Origin: an uncultured delta proteobacterium | GTDB taxonomy: Bacteria; Desulfobacterota; Desulfuromonadia; Desulfuromonadales; JACZKF01 | Assembly (NCBI GenBank): GCA_963816395.1 | Contig: CAWFKQ010000016.1 | Coordinates: 608,001 to 672,000, forward strand | Length of the DNA: 64,000 nucleotides | Direction of reading: 5' to 3' | Shown here: piece after piece, positions 23,417 through 32,428 of the stretch | Layout: the number at the start of each line of letters is the position of its first letter | Numbering within the stretch: position 1 is the stretch's first letter | Notes under the pieces: generated by a model | The model's input: only the letters and a program-made list of their open reading frames with translations | What the model was told of the DNA's origin: nothing | Database searches by the model: none | Program-made: the position numbers and the translations under genes

Positions 23417-25121
23417 CTAAAAACTCCAGAACTCGTCGATTTCTTCCTCCGCGAAGTCCCACCCGGCATTATGGGGGGCCAGCGGCTCTTTGAAAAACTC
23501 CGGCAGGCGATCGTCCTTGCTGGTAAAACCAGCCGCCTTGTTGAACTGCTTCTCGAGAATCAGCGATTGCACTCCGAGACCCATCAGGCGGTTCAGGTCC
23601 CAATCGCCGCCGAACTTGGCCGCTGCCATATCGACCAGATGCCCGAGGACTGCGGGATCCTCGCAGCAGATTCCGGAGAAGATACACAATCCCAGGGCAT
23701 CGAACAGGGTCATGGCAATCTGCAGATTTCTCGAAAGCTCCACCTGACCGTCCTTGCTGGTTCCGTCAACGGGAGTGCCGATGGAGTTTCCGGCCGTATG
23801 GTCGGCACCCATGGGGCTCGTCGCATAGGTAATCCCGGTCCCCTTCAGACCGCGGGGATCATAGGCCGCCAGAGACTGCCCCTTCACCGTCGGGATCCTT
23901 TTGACTCCGAGGTGACGGCCGGTGGCTTCGGTTCCGTTGCCGAGCACCCGCCCCAGTTCGCGTCCCTCGACCATCTCCTGGGCCAGGCGCCAGGCACCCT
24001 CGGCATCGCCGAACTCGATCAAGCCTGCTTCCATGCACACACCGATCGCACAACCGGTGTCCATGGTATCGACGCCGAGGTCATCGCAAAGTCTATCCAG
24101 TCTGGCAATGACATCGATGTCCCGGATTCCGCAGTTGGACCCGAACAGGCCTATCGTCTCGTACTCGAACCCCGAAGTGAGATAATTGCCGTCCTTGTCG
24201 TTGTACACCTGGGAACAGCGGATCACGCAGCCGCTATGACAGATATGGGACATCTTGCCGCCCCGTTCGGCCTGCAGCTCGGCAATCCGCTCGCCGCTGA
24301 TGTCCTCGGCATGCTCAAAGCTTCCCCGACTGAAATTGTGGGTCGGCAAAATGCCCAGCCCGTTCGTCACGTTGATCAAGAGGGCGGTCCCCAGAGCCGG
24401 CAGCCCCTGCCCGGAAAAGGGGTGTGCCATGATCGCCTTGGTAAACGCCTGGTTGGCTGAAACAAATTTCTCTTTATCCGCATACTTCCAGTCGGTTTTT
24501 GTCCACGTCCTGGAAGACGATGGCCTTCACCCCCTTGGAGCCCATCAGGGCCCCGAGGCCGCCGCGGGCGGCGGCTCGGGCAGGGTGTCCTTCGCGGTCG
24601 GTAAATTGGATGGAGGAGTTACGGTATCCCCGTTCTCCGGCCAGGCCGATCGAGGCGATGGAAATATCGCCTCCCAGGTCCTTCCTCAGCTCTTCGCTCA
24701 GTTGATAGTTGTTCATGCCGAGATAAGGCTGGGCCGACAGAAACTCGACCCCCGAGGCGTCTACCACCAGCACGAACCACTCCCCCTCTTTCGGCTTTCT
24801 TTCCAGAACCAGTCCCTGCAGGCCGAGTGCGGCCATTCTTTTCGCCATGGTCCCGCCGGCGTTGGATTCCTTGATGGTCCGGGTCAGCGGGCTTTTTCCC
24901 CCCACGGAGATCCGGCCGGAGCAGGGAGCAATGGTGTCGGCAAATAGACCGGGACAGACAATGAGCTTGTTCTCGGGACCCAGGGGATCGGCCGCGGCAT
25001 CCACCTCCTGGTGGAGAATTGTGGCGATCAGGCTGCGACCTCCGAGAAGCGGAAAGTTCTCATCCGCCGCCTCGCTCGAGGTTGTCCGGCTCTCCATGTC
25101 AATACGCAACAGCTTTTTCAT
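23417..25121 (-). CDS. Aldehyde:ferredoxin oxidoreductase (AOR family, W/Mo-pterin); one +1 frameshift near 24487
   Basis: KSPLT..IKESNAGG, AAARGGLGALMGSKGVKAI, CHSGCVIRC, EYET, CDDLGVDT, YDPR, GADH. Removing one base gives a continuous LEYADKEKF junction. Confidence 0.9.
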
Positions 25122-25152
25122 GTCTTTGCCTTTCATCTCTTAAAGATCAAGA

Positions 25153-25854
25153 TCAACTACTCATTGATTTTCGACGGGAGTTCCGTTCTTCCGGCTTCGA
25201 TCCGGTCTCTCTTTTGCTGGCCATATCGAGAGTGACCCGGGCGCAGGCGAAGGAGTTTCCCCACAGATTGGCCCCGGGCGGCAGTCCCTCGAGGTCGCGC
25301 GGCCGGCCGATGGCTGCATAGGGGTAATCCCGCACCGGGTTCACCTCGACTTCCCCCGGCTGCAGCCGATCGTCGGCGATCACGCCGATGACGCCGGGGA
25401 GAGATGCCGGGAGCAGGTTCGGCGTTTCCGGGTGGCCGGCCGCGACCAGCAGACACCCGGCCTGCTGGACCGTCCTGCAGGCCTCTGCGAGGACCTGCGA
25501 ACCGGGGCCGGGGGGCATCCCCAGGCTGAGATTGATGATGGCGCATTCTTCGGCCGCCGCCCGCAGCAGCGCCCGGGCAATCAGGGAAGGATACGATTTC
25601 AGCTCCCGGTCGAAGACCCGGATGACGAAGAGCTCCGCATCGGGCAGACCCTGACGCAGGATTCCGGCCACCGCCGTTCCGTGGCCGACCAGGTCCCGGT
25701 AATCGTCATCCTCCCTGACCCGCCCGGCCGCGTCGGAAAAGATGCGGAGGCCGCGGATTTTCCCCCGGACATGCGAATGCCAAGGATTCACCCCGGTATC
25801 GATGATACCGATGCGCAAGGGCTGCGAAGACTCCGAAACAGGTGCAGCACTCAT
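25153..25854 (-). CDS. qhpE: Subtilisin-like S8 serine protease, QhpC leader peptidase
   Basis: IIDTG, GHGT and GNSFA catalytic triad motifs; 233 aa; ATGA overlap with qhpF. Confidence 0.88.
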   Translation of the reverse strand: MSAAPVSESSQPLRIGIIDTGVNPWHSHVRGKIRGLRIFSDAAGRVREDDDYRDLVGHGTAVAGILRQGLPDAELFVIRVFDRELKSYPSLIARALLRAAAEECAIINLSLGMPPGPGSQVLAEACRTVQQAGCLLVAAGHPETPNLLPASLPGVIGVIADDRLQPGEVEVNPVRDYPYAAIGRPRDLEGLPPGANLWGNSFACARVTLDMASKRETGSKPEERNSRRKSMSS

Positions 25855-27578
25855 GCGCGCACCCTTTCCGGTCCCCGGCCGAACCGGTCAGCCGCCGGGA
25901 TAACAGAGGTCCGCGGTTCGACTTCGACCTCGCCGGCCGCCACTCCCAGGGCGGCCCGAAGCTGCTGTTCCGTCAGCTGCTGCAGGTGGCCGTCGCGCAG
26001 CAGGCAGAGGCGGTCATAGGCCTCCAGCCCCCCCAGGCGATGGGTAATCACCAGGATGATGCGGTCGGGAAAGGCTTCCCACAGGTTTTTCCGCACTTTT
26101 GCCTCGGTTTCCAGGTCGAGCGCCGAGAAGGCCTCGTCCAGAACCAGGATGTCGGGCCGGTTCAAGACCAGCCGCGCAATGCCCAGGCGCTGCCGCTGGC
26201 CGTCGGAGAGGGCCTGGCCGCGCCCGCCGATAATGGTCTGATAGCCCTGCGGCAGGGCTTCGATAAATTCGTGAGCCGCCGCCGCCCGGGCGGCCTCGAC
26301 CAGTTCATCGAAATCAGCCCGCGGGTTGCCATAGCGGAGGTTTTCCTCGACCGTGGCGTGCAGGAGAAACGGCTCGCTGCCGGCATAACCAATAGTGCTC
26401 CCGCCGCGGTGCACCTGGCCGTGCTGGGGCTGCCGCAGGCCGAAGAGAATCTGCACCAAAGTGGATTTCCCCGCCCCGGAGGTGCCGCAGAGGGCGATCC
26501 TCTGGCCGGGCGCGATGTGCAGATTCACCCCGCGGAGCACCGGGGGGTGCCCCGGATAGGCGAAGAATATCTCCTCCAGCCGCAGCCCCTCTTCGCCGTC
26601 ATCCCTGTCGACCTCGGCGCCGGGCTCTTCTCTGGCCAGCACTTCGGTGACCCGCTCCAGGCTTACCCGCACCTCCTGGAGATTGCGTACCATTCCCAGC
26701 ATGCCGCGCGCGGGGCTGTACAGCCGGCCCTGGTAGAGGATGAAGGCGACGAAAGTCCCCAGGGTGATTTCCCCTCTTTCCAGCATCCCCCCGCCCAGCA
26801 GGTAGATCCAGGCGAGGGTGGCGGTCAGCGCGATGCCCGGCAGGCCGCTGGCGGCCGCATCCAGGCCCTGGAAGCGGAGCATCCGGCGCACCAGTTCGGT
26901 GTTGTGCAGCCGGAAACGTTGCTGCTCTTCTCCCTGGGCGGCGTGCAGGCGCACGGCGCGCAGGGCACCCAGGCGTTCGGAGAGAAAATGCGAGAGCCCG
27001 GCCATCGCCTCGCGCAGCCCCCTGGTACCCGCTTCGATGGGCTTCCGGAAGGCGACCGAGACGACCAGGGCGAGGGCGATGCCGAGAAAACTCCAGAGGG
27101 CCAGCGGCCGGGAGAGGGTGCACAGAATGGACGCGGCCACCAGCAGAAAGATGACATTCTGCAGCAGGCCGAGCACGCCGTCGACCAGCAGCGCCTGGAT
27201 TTTGGAAACATCGGTCCCGAAGCGGCTCAAAAGATCGCCGTGCCGGAAACGTTCCAGCTGCTCCAGCGGCGCATTGAGGCAGTGGGCGAAAAGCCGCTCG
27301 CGGATTTCCACCAGCACCTCCGCCGAGAGCCTGGCATGCACTATCCGGTTCACCGTTCCCAGCAGCAGATCGGCCAGGGCCAGGCCGAGCAGGGCGGCGG
27401 CGATGCGCGGAACGACCGAATAGTCCGCCCGCTGGGTCACCGCGTCGATAAAGGATTTGCCGATCAGGGGCGTCGCCAGGGAGGCGGCCGACCCGGCCAG
27501 TCCCAGGAAAAAGACGGCGGCGAGCAGCCCCGTCTTCCCCCGCAGGTGCCTGGCGAACAGCCACACCGACCTCAGCAT
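25851..27578 (-). CDS. qhpF: ABC exporter (TMD + ATPase) for the modified gamma subunit
   Basis: Multiple TM helices, GDLLSR, GTSGAGKST, LSDGQRQR, LVLDEA; position in the qhp operon. Confidence 0.85.
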   Translation of the reverse strand: MLRSVWLFARHLRGKTGLLAAVFFLGLAGSAASLATPLIGKSFIDAVTQRADYSVVPRIAAALLGLALADLLLGTVNRIVHARLSAEVLVEIRERLFAHCLNAPLEQLERFRHGDLLSRFGTDVSKIQALLVDGVLGLLQNVIFLLVAASILCTLSRPLALWSFLGIALALVVSVAFRKPIEAGTRGLREAMAGLSHFLSERLGALRAVRLHAAQGEEQQRFRLHNTELVRRMLRFQGLDAAASGLPGIALTATLAWIYLLGGGMLERGEITLGTFVAFILYQGRLYSPARGMLGMVRNLQEVRVSLERVTEVLAREEPGAEVDRDDGEEGLRLEEIFFAYPGHPPVLRGVNLHIAPGQRIALCGTSGAGKSTLVQILFGLRQPQHGQVHRGGSTIGYAGSEPFLLHATVEENLRYGNPRADFDELVEAARAAAAHEFIEALPQGYQTIIGGRGQALSDGQRQRLGIARLVLNRPDILVLDEAFSALDLETEAKVRKNLWEAFPDRIILVITHRLGGLEAYDRLCLLRDGHLQQLTEQQLRAALGVAAGEVEVEPRTSVIPAADRFGRGPERVRA

Positions 27579-28540
27579 GCCGCCCCCTTTCGTTCCTCGG
27601 AATCCCAGATATCGGGGTAGTAGCAGAGCGTTGCCCCCTGGCACAGCGAGGCCGCCCCCCGGATCTCGATCACCGCCTGGCGGATCTCCGCGGGCCCGCC
27701 GCCTTGCCGGGCCACTTCCCGGGCTGCCGCCGCCAGACGCAGGGAGGCTTCTTTTCTGGGCAGAGAGGCCTCCCGCCCCACCACTTTGAAGCTGCCGACG
27801 CCGGCCGCCTGCAGGCGCGGCAGGGCGCACAGGCCGCAGGGGCCGACCGGATAGCCGCGGTTGGTCCGGCAACCGCAGTGGTTCAGGGTCCAGCGCCAGA
27901 ACTCGAAGCCGTCCAGCATCTGGCGGGAGAGGCCATCGGCTTCTCCGCCGTCCTGCAGGCAGAAAGTTCCGGCGGCATGCGTGGTGGCGCAAAGGCCTTC
28001 TTCAAAGACGCAGCCGTCATTCAGCAGAAAGGCCTCGAACTCCAGGCCGGGAATCCGGCAGGCGGCGATCTCCTCGGCGGTCACATGCCGCGGCAGAACG
28101 ATTCTGGCCACCCCCAGATCCCGGAAGAATGCCGCGGCCCCGGCATTGGTGCAGGTGGCCAGGCTGGAGAGATGAATTCGGGGAGCCAGTCCGATCTCCG
28201 CCAGGGCCAGCAGCAGATCGAGATCGGCGACGATCAGGCCGCTGGCGCCGGCATCGAGGAGCTGGGCACTGAACTCGAGGAGCATCTCCAGGGCGCCGGC
28301 AGGGTAGAAGGGGGCGTTGAGAGTCACGTAAACGGGGCGTCCCGCGGCGTGCGAGACAATCCGCCGAAATTCGGCCAGGTCGGCGACTCCCGCCGAGCCG
28401 GGCGAGCGCCGGTTGATCCAGGCCTGATTGAAACGCTCCTGCCAGGCGGAAGGGGTGATGCCGCAGTAGAACTCATCGGCTCCCGCCCGCAGCAGAGGCT
28501 CGACCTCGGAAGAACTTCGCAAGGGCGCGAGCAGTTTCAC
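27572..28540 (-). CDS. U32-family Fe-S protein, UbiU-like
   Basis: GTG start MKLLAP..GADEFYCG, YVTLN, IHLSS..TN, RIVLPR, E.F...CVFEEGLC (CX6C), further Cys (FC, CGC, CGLC), FKVVGR. Confidence 0.88.
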   Translation of the reverse strand: MKLLAPLRSSSEVEPLLRAGADEFYCGITPSAWQERFNQAWINRRSPGSAGVADLAEFRRIVSHAAGRPVYVTLNAPFYPAGALEMLLEFSAQLLDAGASGLIVADLDLLLALAEIGLAPRIHLSSLATCTNAGAAAFFRDLGVARIVLPRHVTAEEIAACRIPGLEFEAFLLNDGCVFEEGLCATTHAAGTFCLQDGGEADGLSRQMLDGFEFWRWTLNHCGCRTNRGYPVGPCGLCALPRLQAAGVGSFKVVGREASLPRKEASLRLAAAAREVARQGGGPAEIRQAVIEIRGAASLCQGATLCYYPDIWDSEERKGAAC

Positions 28541-29343
28541 GGCACCGGCCTTTCGTGCACGACAATCCGATCGACCCGTTCCAGATGCTGGATGATCCGG
28601 GCATGGGGGACCTCGTAGAAAAGGGTATTGCCCGCCCGCCAGAGGTTTTCGCGGAGATCGGCCCGGGTGACCGGGTGCCAGCGGTCCCGGCAGGGAGCCG
28701 GACAGCCGCTGCCCAGCCAGGACGCATAATTGTTTCCCGTCTTCTGCACCTCGGCCTTGAACAGGCAATTCCGGCCCGATGCGACAAAAGCGAAAGGAAG
28801 GTGCAGGACCCGCTGCAGGCCGCTCTCCCGCTCGCCCAGGTAACTCCCCTCCAGGTCGGGATCGGTTTCCACCGCCGCCACCCCATAGTGCCGGAGCAGG
28901 GCGCGTATCTTCTCCCCCCTGGCCGCCGGCTGCGCCTGCGGCTGTAATTCCTCCTCGGCCAGGCGAGGATCGCGAAGCGCCCGGTTGATCAGGCGGCCCG
29001 CCCGGCACTCGAGTTCCGGGTAAGCGCTGCACAGCAGACGGAAGACCCCCCAGTCATTGAAAACAACGGCCAGGGAGCGGTTCCCTCCGGCCACGGCGGC
29101 AAGCAGCTTCTCCAGCCGGGCCAGTCCCCTGGGACGGACCAGCGGCGTCAGCAGCACCGCCTGCAGACCGGCCTGCTGCGCCAGGTCGCAGTAACGCTCT
29201 GTTTCCTCCCGTTCCGGCAGCAGATCCTCGCAGAATTCCGAGCCGAAGTACAGCGAGCGCAGGGGGCCGGCGGGCAGCAGCTTTCGCAGATCCTCTGCGC
29301 ACAGCTCCCGCGGATCGTGAAAGTGAAAATTGTGGAGAGGCAA
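28537..29343 (-). CDS. U32-related protein, UbiV-like; start uncertain (out-of-frame ATG at 29362 suggests a possible indel)
   Basis: LYFGSEFC, VLLTP, VVFNDWG, SGRNC, CPAPC: four Cys arranged as in UbiV. Stop overlaps the start of the UbiU-like gene (GTGA). Confidence 0.72.
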   Translation of the reverse strand: MPLHNFHFHDPRELCAEDLRKLLPAGPLRSLYFGSEFCEDLLPEREETERYCDLAQQAGLQAVLLTPLVRPRGLARLEKLLAAVAGGNRSLAVVFNDWGVFRLLCSAYPELECRAGRLINRALRDPRLAEEELQPQAQPAARGEKIRALLRHYGVAAVETDPDLEGSYLGERESGLQRVLHLPFAFVASGRNCLFKAEVQKTGNNYASWLGSGCPAPCRDRWHPVTRADLRENLWRAGNTLFYEVPHARIIQHLERVDRIVVHERPVP

Positions 29344-29379
29344 GTCGAATACCGTATTCCATTCTCAGCCTTTGAAACT

Positions 29380-29404
29380 GGCGCGGGGTCGAGGACCCCG
29401 CGCC
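29380..29404 (-). terminator. GC-rich hairpin between qhpB and the maturation genes (attenuator or mRNA stabiliser)
   Basis: Perfect 11-bp stem GGCGCGGGGTC-GAG-GACCCCGCGCC with only a short U run on the - strand. Confidence 0.55.
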
Positions 29405-29414
29405 GGCGGTTCGC

Positions 29415-30428
29415 TTAATAACTTATTCTGCGCAGGATCATGCCGTCCGTCTTCATCTTCATGACTCTGAGCGGCTGCATCGTTGCGGTATCGTAAACGG
29501 TGACGGTCGAGCCGCCAGCGCCGACAAAGAGCCGCTTGCCGTCGCTGGTGGGCACGTTGCCGTAGCAGGTTCCTTCCGCGATCGGCACCACCTTGGTGAC
29601 TTCCTGCGTCTTCAGATCGATCACCCCGACTTCATCCATGACCGAGTAGGCCTTGGTCTTGTCCGGGGAATAGACCGCGCCATAGGCAAAGAGCGGCTCG
29701 CCTTTGATCGGCGTATCGATGATTTCACCGGTACTGATATTGATGTTGAACAAGCCCCAGCCGGTGGGGGTGTAGTACGGCCCCGCCCAGACGCCGCCGT
29801 TCTCCTGGGTGTAGGTCCAGAAAGCCAGCATATTGAACCCCTTGTCGAACAGGGGAATGGTCTTGCCCAGGGTCATCTTCTTTTTCGAGACATCGATGGG
29901 GTAGATGTCCTGGCCGATGGCATACAGCAGGGTGTCCCCCTTGGTCAGGGCGAGGTTGGCCACCCCCCAGGGAACCTCGATCCGGCGCAGGACCTTCCCG
30001 GTCTGGAGGTCGATCTGGGCGACCTCCGGGCTGCCGACGACCGGCTCGTCACCCTTGATCTTGCGGTCGAGAAGATGGACATAGGCGGTTTTGCCGTCCT
30101 TGGCGAGGGCCATTCCAAAGATGAACCGGTCCTGCCAGCCTTCCGGGTCGACCTTGATGAGGTGCACCATGCGCTTTTTGGCGATGTCGATCTTTTCGAC
30201 GTACCGGCGTGAGCCGGTGACATAGAGAAACTTCTTGTCGGCGGAGAAATCGGAATCGCGCACCGAGCCCTTGACCGGGATGTCGGTGATCTGATAGGTG
30301 TCCGCGTCGATGGCCTGCACCATGTCGTAACCCAAATGGAAGATCAGGTCCTTCGCTTCCGCCTGTACCGCGAAAGCCACGGCGCAGAGCATCAAGGCCA
30401 TGAGAAGAAGGGGGTTTTTAATGTTCAT
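29415..30428 (-). CDS. qhpB: Quinohemoprotein amine dehydrogenase beta subunit (beta-propeller)
   Basis: Sec signal, repeated YVTN-like blades (SADKKFLYVT, AKDGKTAYV, SPDKTKAY, TSDGKRLFV); follows qhpC. Confidence 0.85.
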   Translation of the reverse strand: MNIKNPLLLMALMLCAVAFAVQAEAKDLIFHLGYDMVQAIDADTYQITDIPVKGSVRDSDFSADKKFLYVTGSRRYVEKIDIAKKRMVHLIKVDPEGWQDRFIFGMALAKDGKTAYVHLLDRKIKGDEPVVGSPEVAQIDLQTGKVLRRIEVPWGVANLALTKGDTLLYAIGQDIYPIDVSKKKMTLGKTIPLFDKGFNMLAFWTYTQENGGVWAGPYYTPTGWGLFNINISTGEIIDTPIKGEPLFAYGAVYSPDKTKAYSVMDEVGVIDLKTQEVTKVVPIAEGTCYGNVPTSDGKRLFVGAGGSTVTVYDTATMQPLRVMKMKTDGMILRRISY

Positions 30429-30505
30429 TGAAAGCTCCTGTATTAAGTGTGGGCGGATTGTCCACCGTCCGGGAATTCGGCCTTCGGGCGGGCTGTCCTC
30501 CTGCC

Positions 30506-30838
30506 CTATTTGATGTCCAGATCACGCCAGTCCCTGGCGACATTGGGGCATTTGGTATCGATATCCGGATCATTGGTGAGACCATCCGGGTTCTGCGCCG
30601 GCCACCAGCAGTCCCCGGCGCAGCCACGGAAATCCCGGGCCGACGGCTGGCAGTTGCCAACCGGGTAGGTCGGCCGCGGGTTGGTCTCCCAGCCGGTATC
30701 GAAGATGGTGGTGCAGCCGACGGGCATGTTCAGGGGGCCGTCCTCGAGTGCTTTCACCGTTTGTCCCTCGTCCCGGCCCAGCGCTTCGATGGCCCGGGCT
30801 TTTTCGTTCAAAGCCTCGATCCGTTTCTTCTTATCCAT
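30506..30838 (-). CDS. qhpC: Quinohemoprotein amine dehydrogenase gamma subunit (CTQ precursor with leader peptide)
   Basis: VGCTTIFDTGWE, CQPSARD and GCAGDCWWPAQNPD keep all three Cys-Asp/Glu thioether pairs and the Cys/Trp CTQ pair at canonical spacing; ATG 30838 with RBS. Confidence 0.95.
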   Translation of the reverse strand: MDKKKRIEALNEKARAIEALGRDEGQTVKALEDGPLNMPVGCTTIFDTGWETNPRPTYPVGNCQPSARDFRGCAGDCWWPAQNPDGLTNDPDIDTKCPNVARDWRDLDIK

Positions 30839-30897
30839 GAGTTCTCCCTTTCCTTTGAAAGATGGCAATCGGTAATCGTTTGAGTTCAAGGCATCTC

Positions 30898-31000
30898 TTA
30901 ACGCAAAGCCGCAAAGGTTGGAACCAAGGCGCAAAGAAAATCAGAATTTAGCTTCGGTTTTTTTGCGCCTTTCAGCCCTTCTTTGCGCCCTTTGCGTTAA
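30898..31000. repeat. Intergenic CGCAAAG-rich palindromic repeat element
   Basis: TTAACGCAAAG...CTTTGCGTTAA terminal inverted repeat with internal GCGCAAAG units; related copy at 51722-51789. Confidence 0.7.
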
Positions 31001-31037
31001 AAACTTTCTTTCCTTTGCCCTGAAGCGGTTACATCGT

Positions 31038-32426
31038 TTAAATGTCAGCCCGTTTTTCCAGGCGCTGGAACAGACGATCGAAGCCTGTCCGGCGCAGTTC
31101 GGCATAAAGCTCGATGCCGAGCTGCAGCCAGCTGCGGATGAAATGGCAGCTGCCGCCGGGGGGAAGCCCCAGTTTGTTCTCCCGGAGGTGGTTTTCGTAG
31201 TGGCAACCTCCGGCACACAGGGTCCTGGCCCAGCATCCGGAACACATCCGGTCCTTGCCTTCGGTGAGCGCGGCAAGACTCGACCGGATTCTCCCCGCGT
31301 CGGCTCCGCTATCAAGATGCCCCACCTGAAATTCCGGTTCCCCGGTCAATCGGTGGCAGGGGAAAAAGGCCCCTGAGGCATCCACTGCCAGATACCCCAG
31401 GCCGGCACCGCAGGCCACGGACTTGGTCTGGCCCCGGTGCAGCCGTCCCAGCAGATCGAGGATGTTGCTGAAGGGAAGAACCCTCCCGGCAGCGGCCTCT
31501 TCCCGAAAACGGCGGGCCATGGTGGTGAAGCCCGCCAGCAGCGTTTCTTCCTGTTCGCGGCTGGGCAGCAGGTCGGTGGTAATCGGGCTGGCCGGAGAAA
31601 TGCCTACCTCATGAAATCCCAGGTCCATCAGATGGGCGAAGACCTCCTCCAGCCGCCCCCACTGATCGGGAGCAAGGGTCACCCGGGCCGCGACCGGCAC
31701 CGGACTCTCCCGCAGCAGACCCGACAACCGCGACAGGACCCTGGCATAGCTTCCGTGCCCTGCGGCATCGGGACGGTTGGCATCGTGCAGGTCCGGGGGG
31801 CCGTCCAGACTGAGGGCGACCATGACCCGGTGACGATGCAGAAAATCCACGATCTCGGGATTGAGCAGGGTGCCGTTGGTGGTCATGGAGACCTGGATCT
31901 TTTTCCCCACCTCGGCCCCCTTGGCCGCCTCCTCCACCGCCGCCTCGACGGCCGCCATGTTGAGCAGCGGCTCGCCGCCGAAAAGCACCAGGGTGGCGCT
32001 CTGCCCTTCGCCCGTCTCCTGGACCAGCAGACGAACGGCCTGGCGGGCAGTCTCCGGGGAAAGCAAGCGGCGCTCCCCCCCGTAGGCCCCACCTTCGGCA
32101 TAACAGTAACGGCACCGAAGGTTGCAGTCCTGGGCCACTTCCAGCACCATGGTTTTCAGGGGAATGCCCTGTGGGTCCGGCGTCCCGGGAGAAGGCCGTC
32201 TTCCGGCGCTGGTCGGCACCAGGAGACGGGCTTCCCGCAACCCGTCCAGGATCTCCCGGTCGGGTGCGGCAATCTGGTCCAGGTCCAGCGAGGCGTGTTC
32301 TCCCCACCTTTGCAGGACCTCCCGGGTCGGCGGGTCGATGAAGAACAGGCTTCCTTGATCGACCCCGAAGAGGATAGCGCCATCGCCGGCAGCGAAGATT
32401 CGATGGTCAGCCCACAGGTAGTTCAT
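31038..32426 (-). CDS. qhpD: Radical SAM/SPASM thioether-crosslinking maturase
   Basis: CNLRCRYC, FGGEPLLN, SPASM Cys set (CGAG, PCHR, CSGCWARTLCAGGC); lies between qhpA and qhpC. Confidence 0.93.
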   Translation of the reverse strand: MNYLWADHRIFAAGDGAILFGVDQGSLFFIDPPTREVLQRWGEHASLDLDQIAAPDREILDGLREARLLVPTSAGRRPSPGTPDPQGIPLKTMVLEVAQDCNLRCRYCYAEGGAYGGERRLLSPETARQAVRLLVQETGEGQSATLVLFGGEPLLNMAAVEAAVEEAAKGAEVGKKIQVSMTTNGTLLNPEIVDFLHRHRVMVALSLDGPPDLHDANRPDAAGHGSYARVLSRLSGLLRESPVPVAARVTLAPDQWGRLEEVFAHLMDLGFHEVGISPASPITTDLLPSREQEETLLAGFTTMARRFREEAAAGRVLPFSNILDLLGRLHRGQTKSVACGAGLGYLAVDASGAFFPCHRLTGEPEFQVGHLDSGADAGRIRSSLAALTEGKDRMCSGCWARTLCAGGCHYENHLRENKLGLPPGGSCHFIRSWLQLGIELYAELRRTGFDRLFQRLEKRADI

Positions 32427-32428
32427 GA

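Noticed and set aside
24474..24490. Programmed frameshift or natural split of the AOR gene
   Set aside because: No clear slippery site. Similar single-base indels occur in the ligase, GATase and glycosyltransferase genes.
27572..29343. U32 genes as collagenase-like proteases or as ubiquinone biosynthesis genes
   Set aside because: The Cys patterns fit Fe-S hydroxylases, QhpE already provides the protease, and no ubiT or other ubi genes are nearby.
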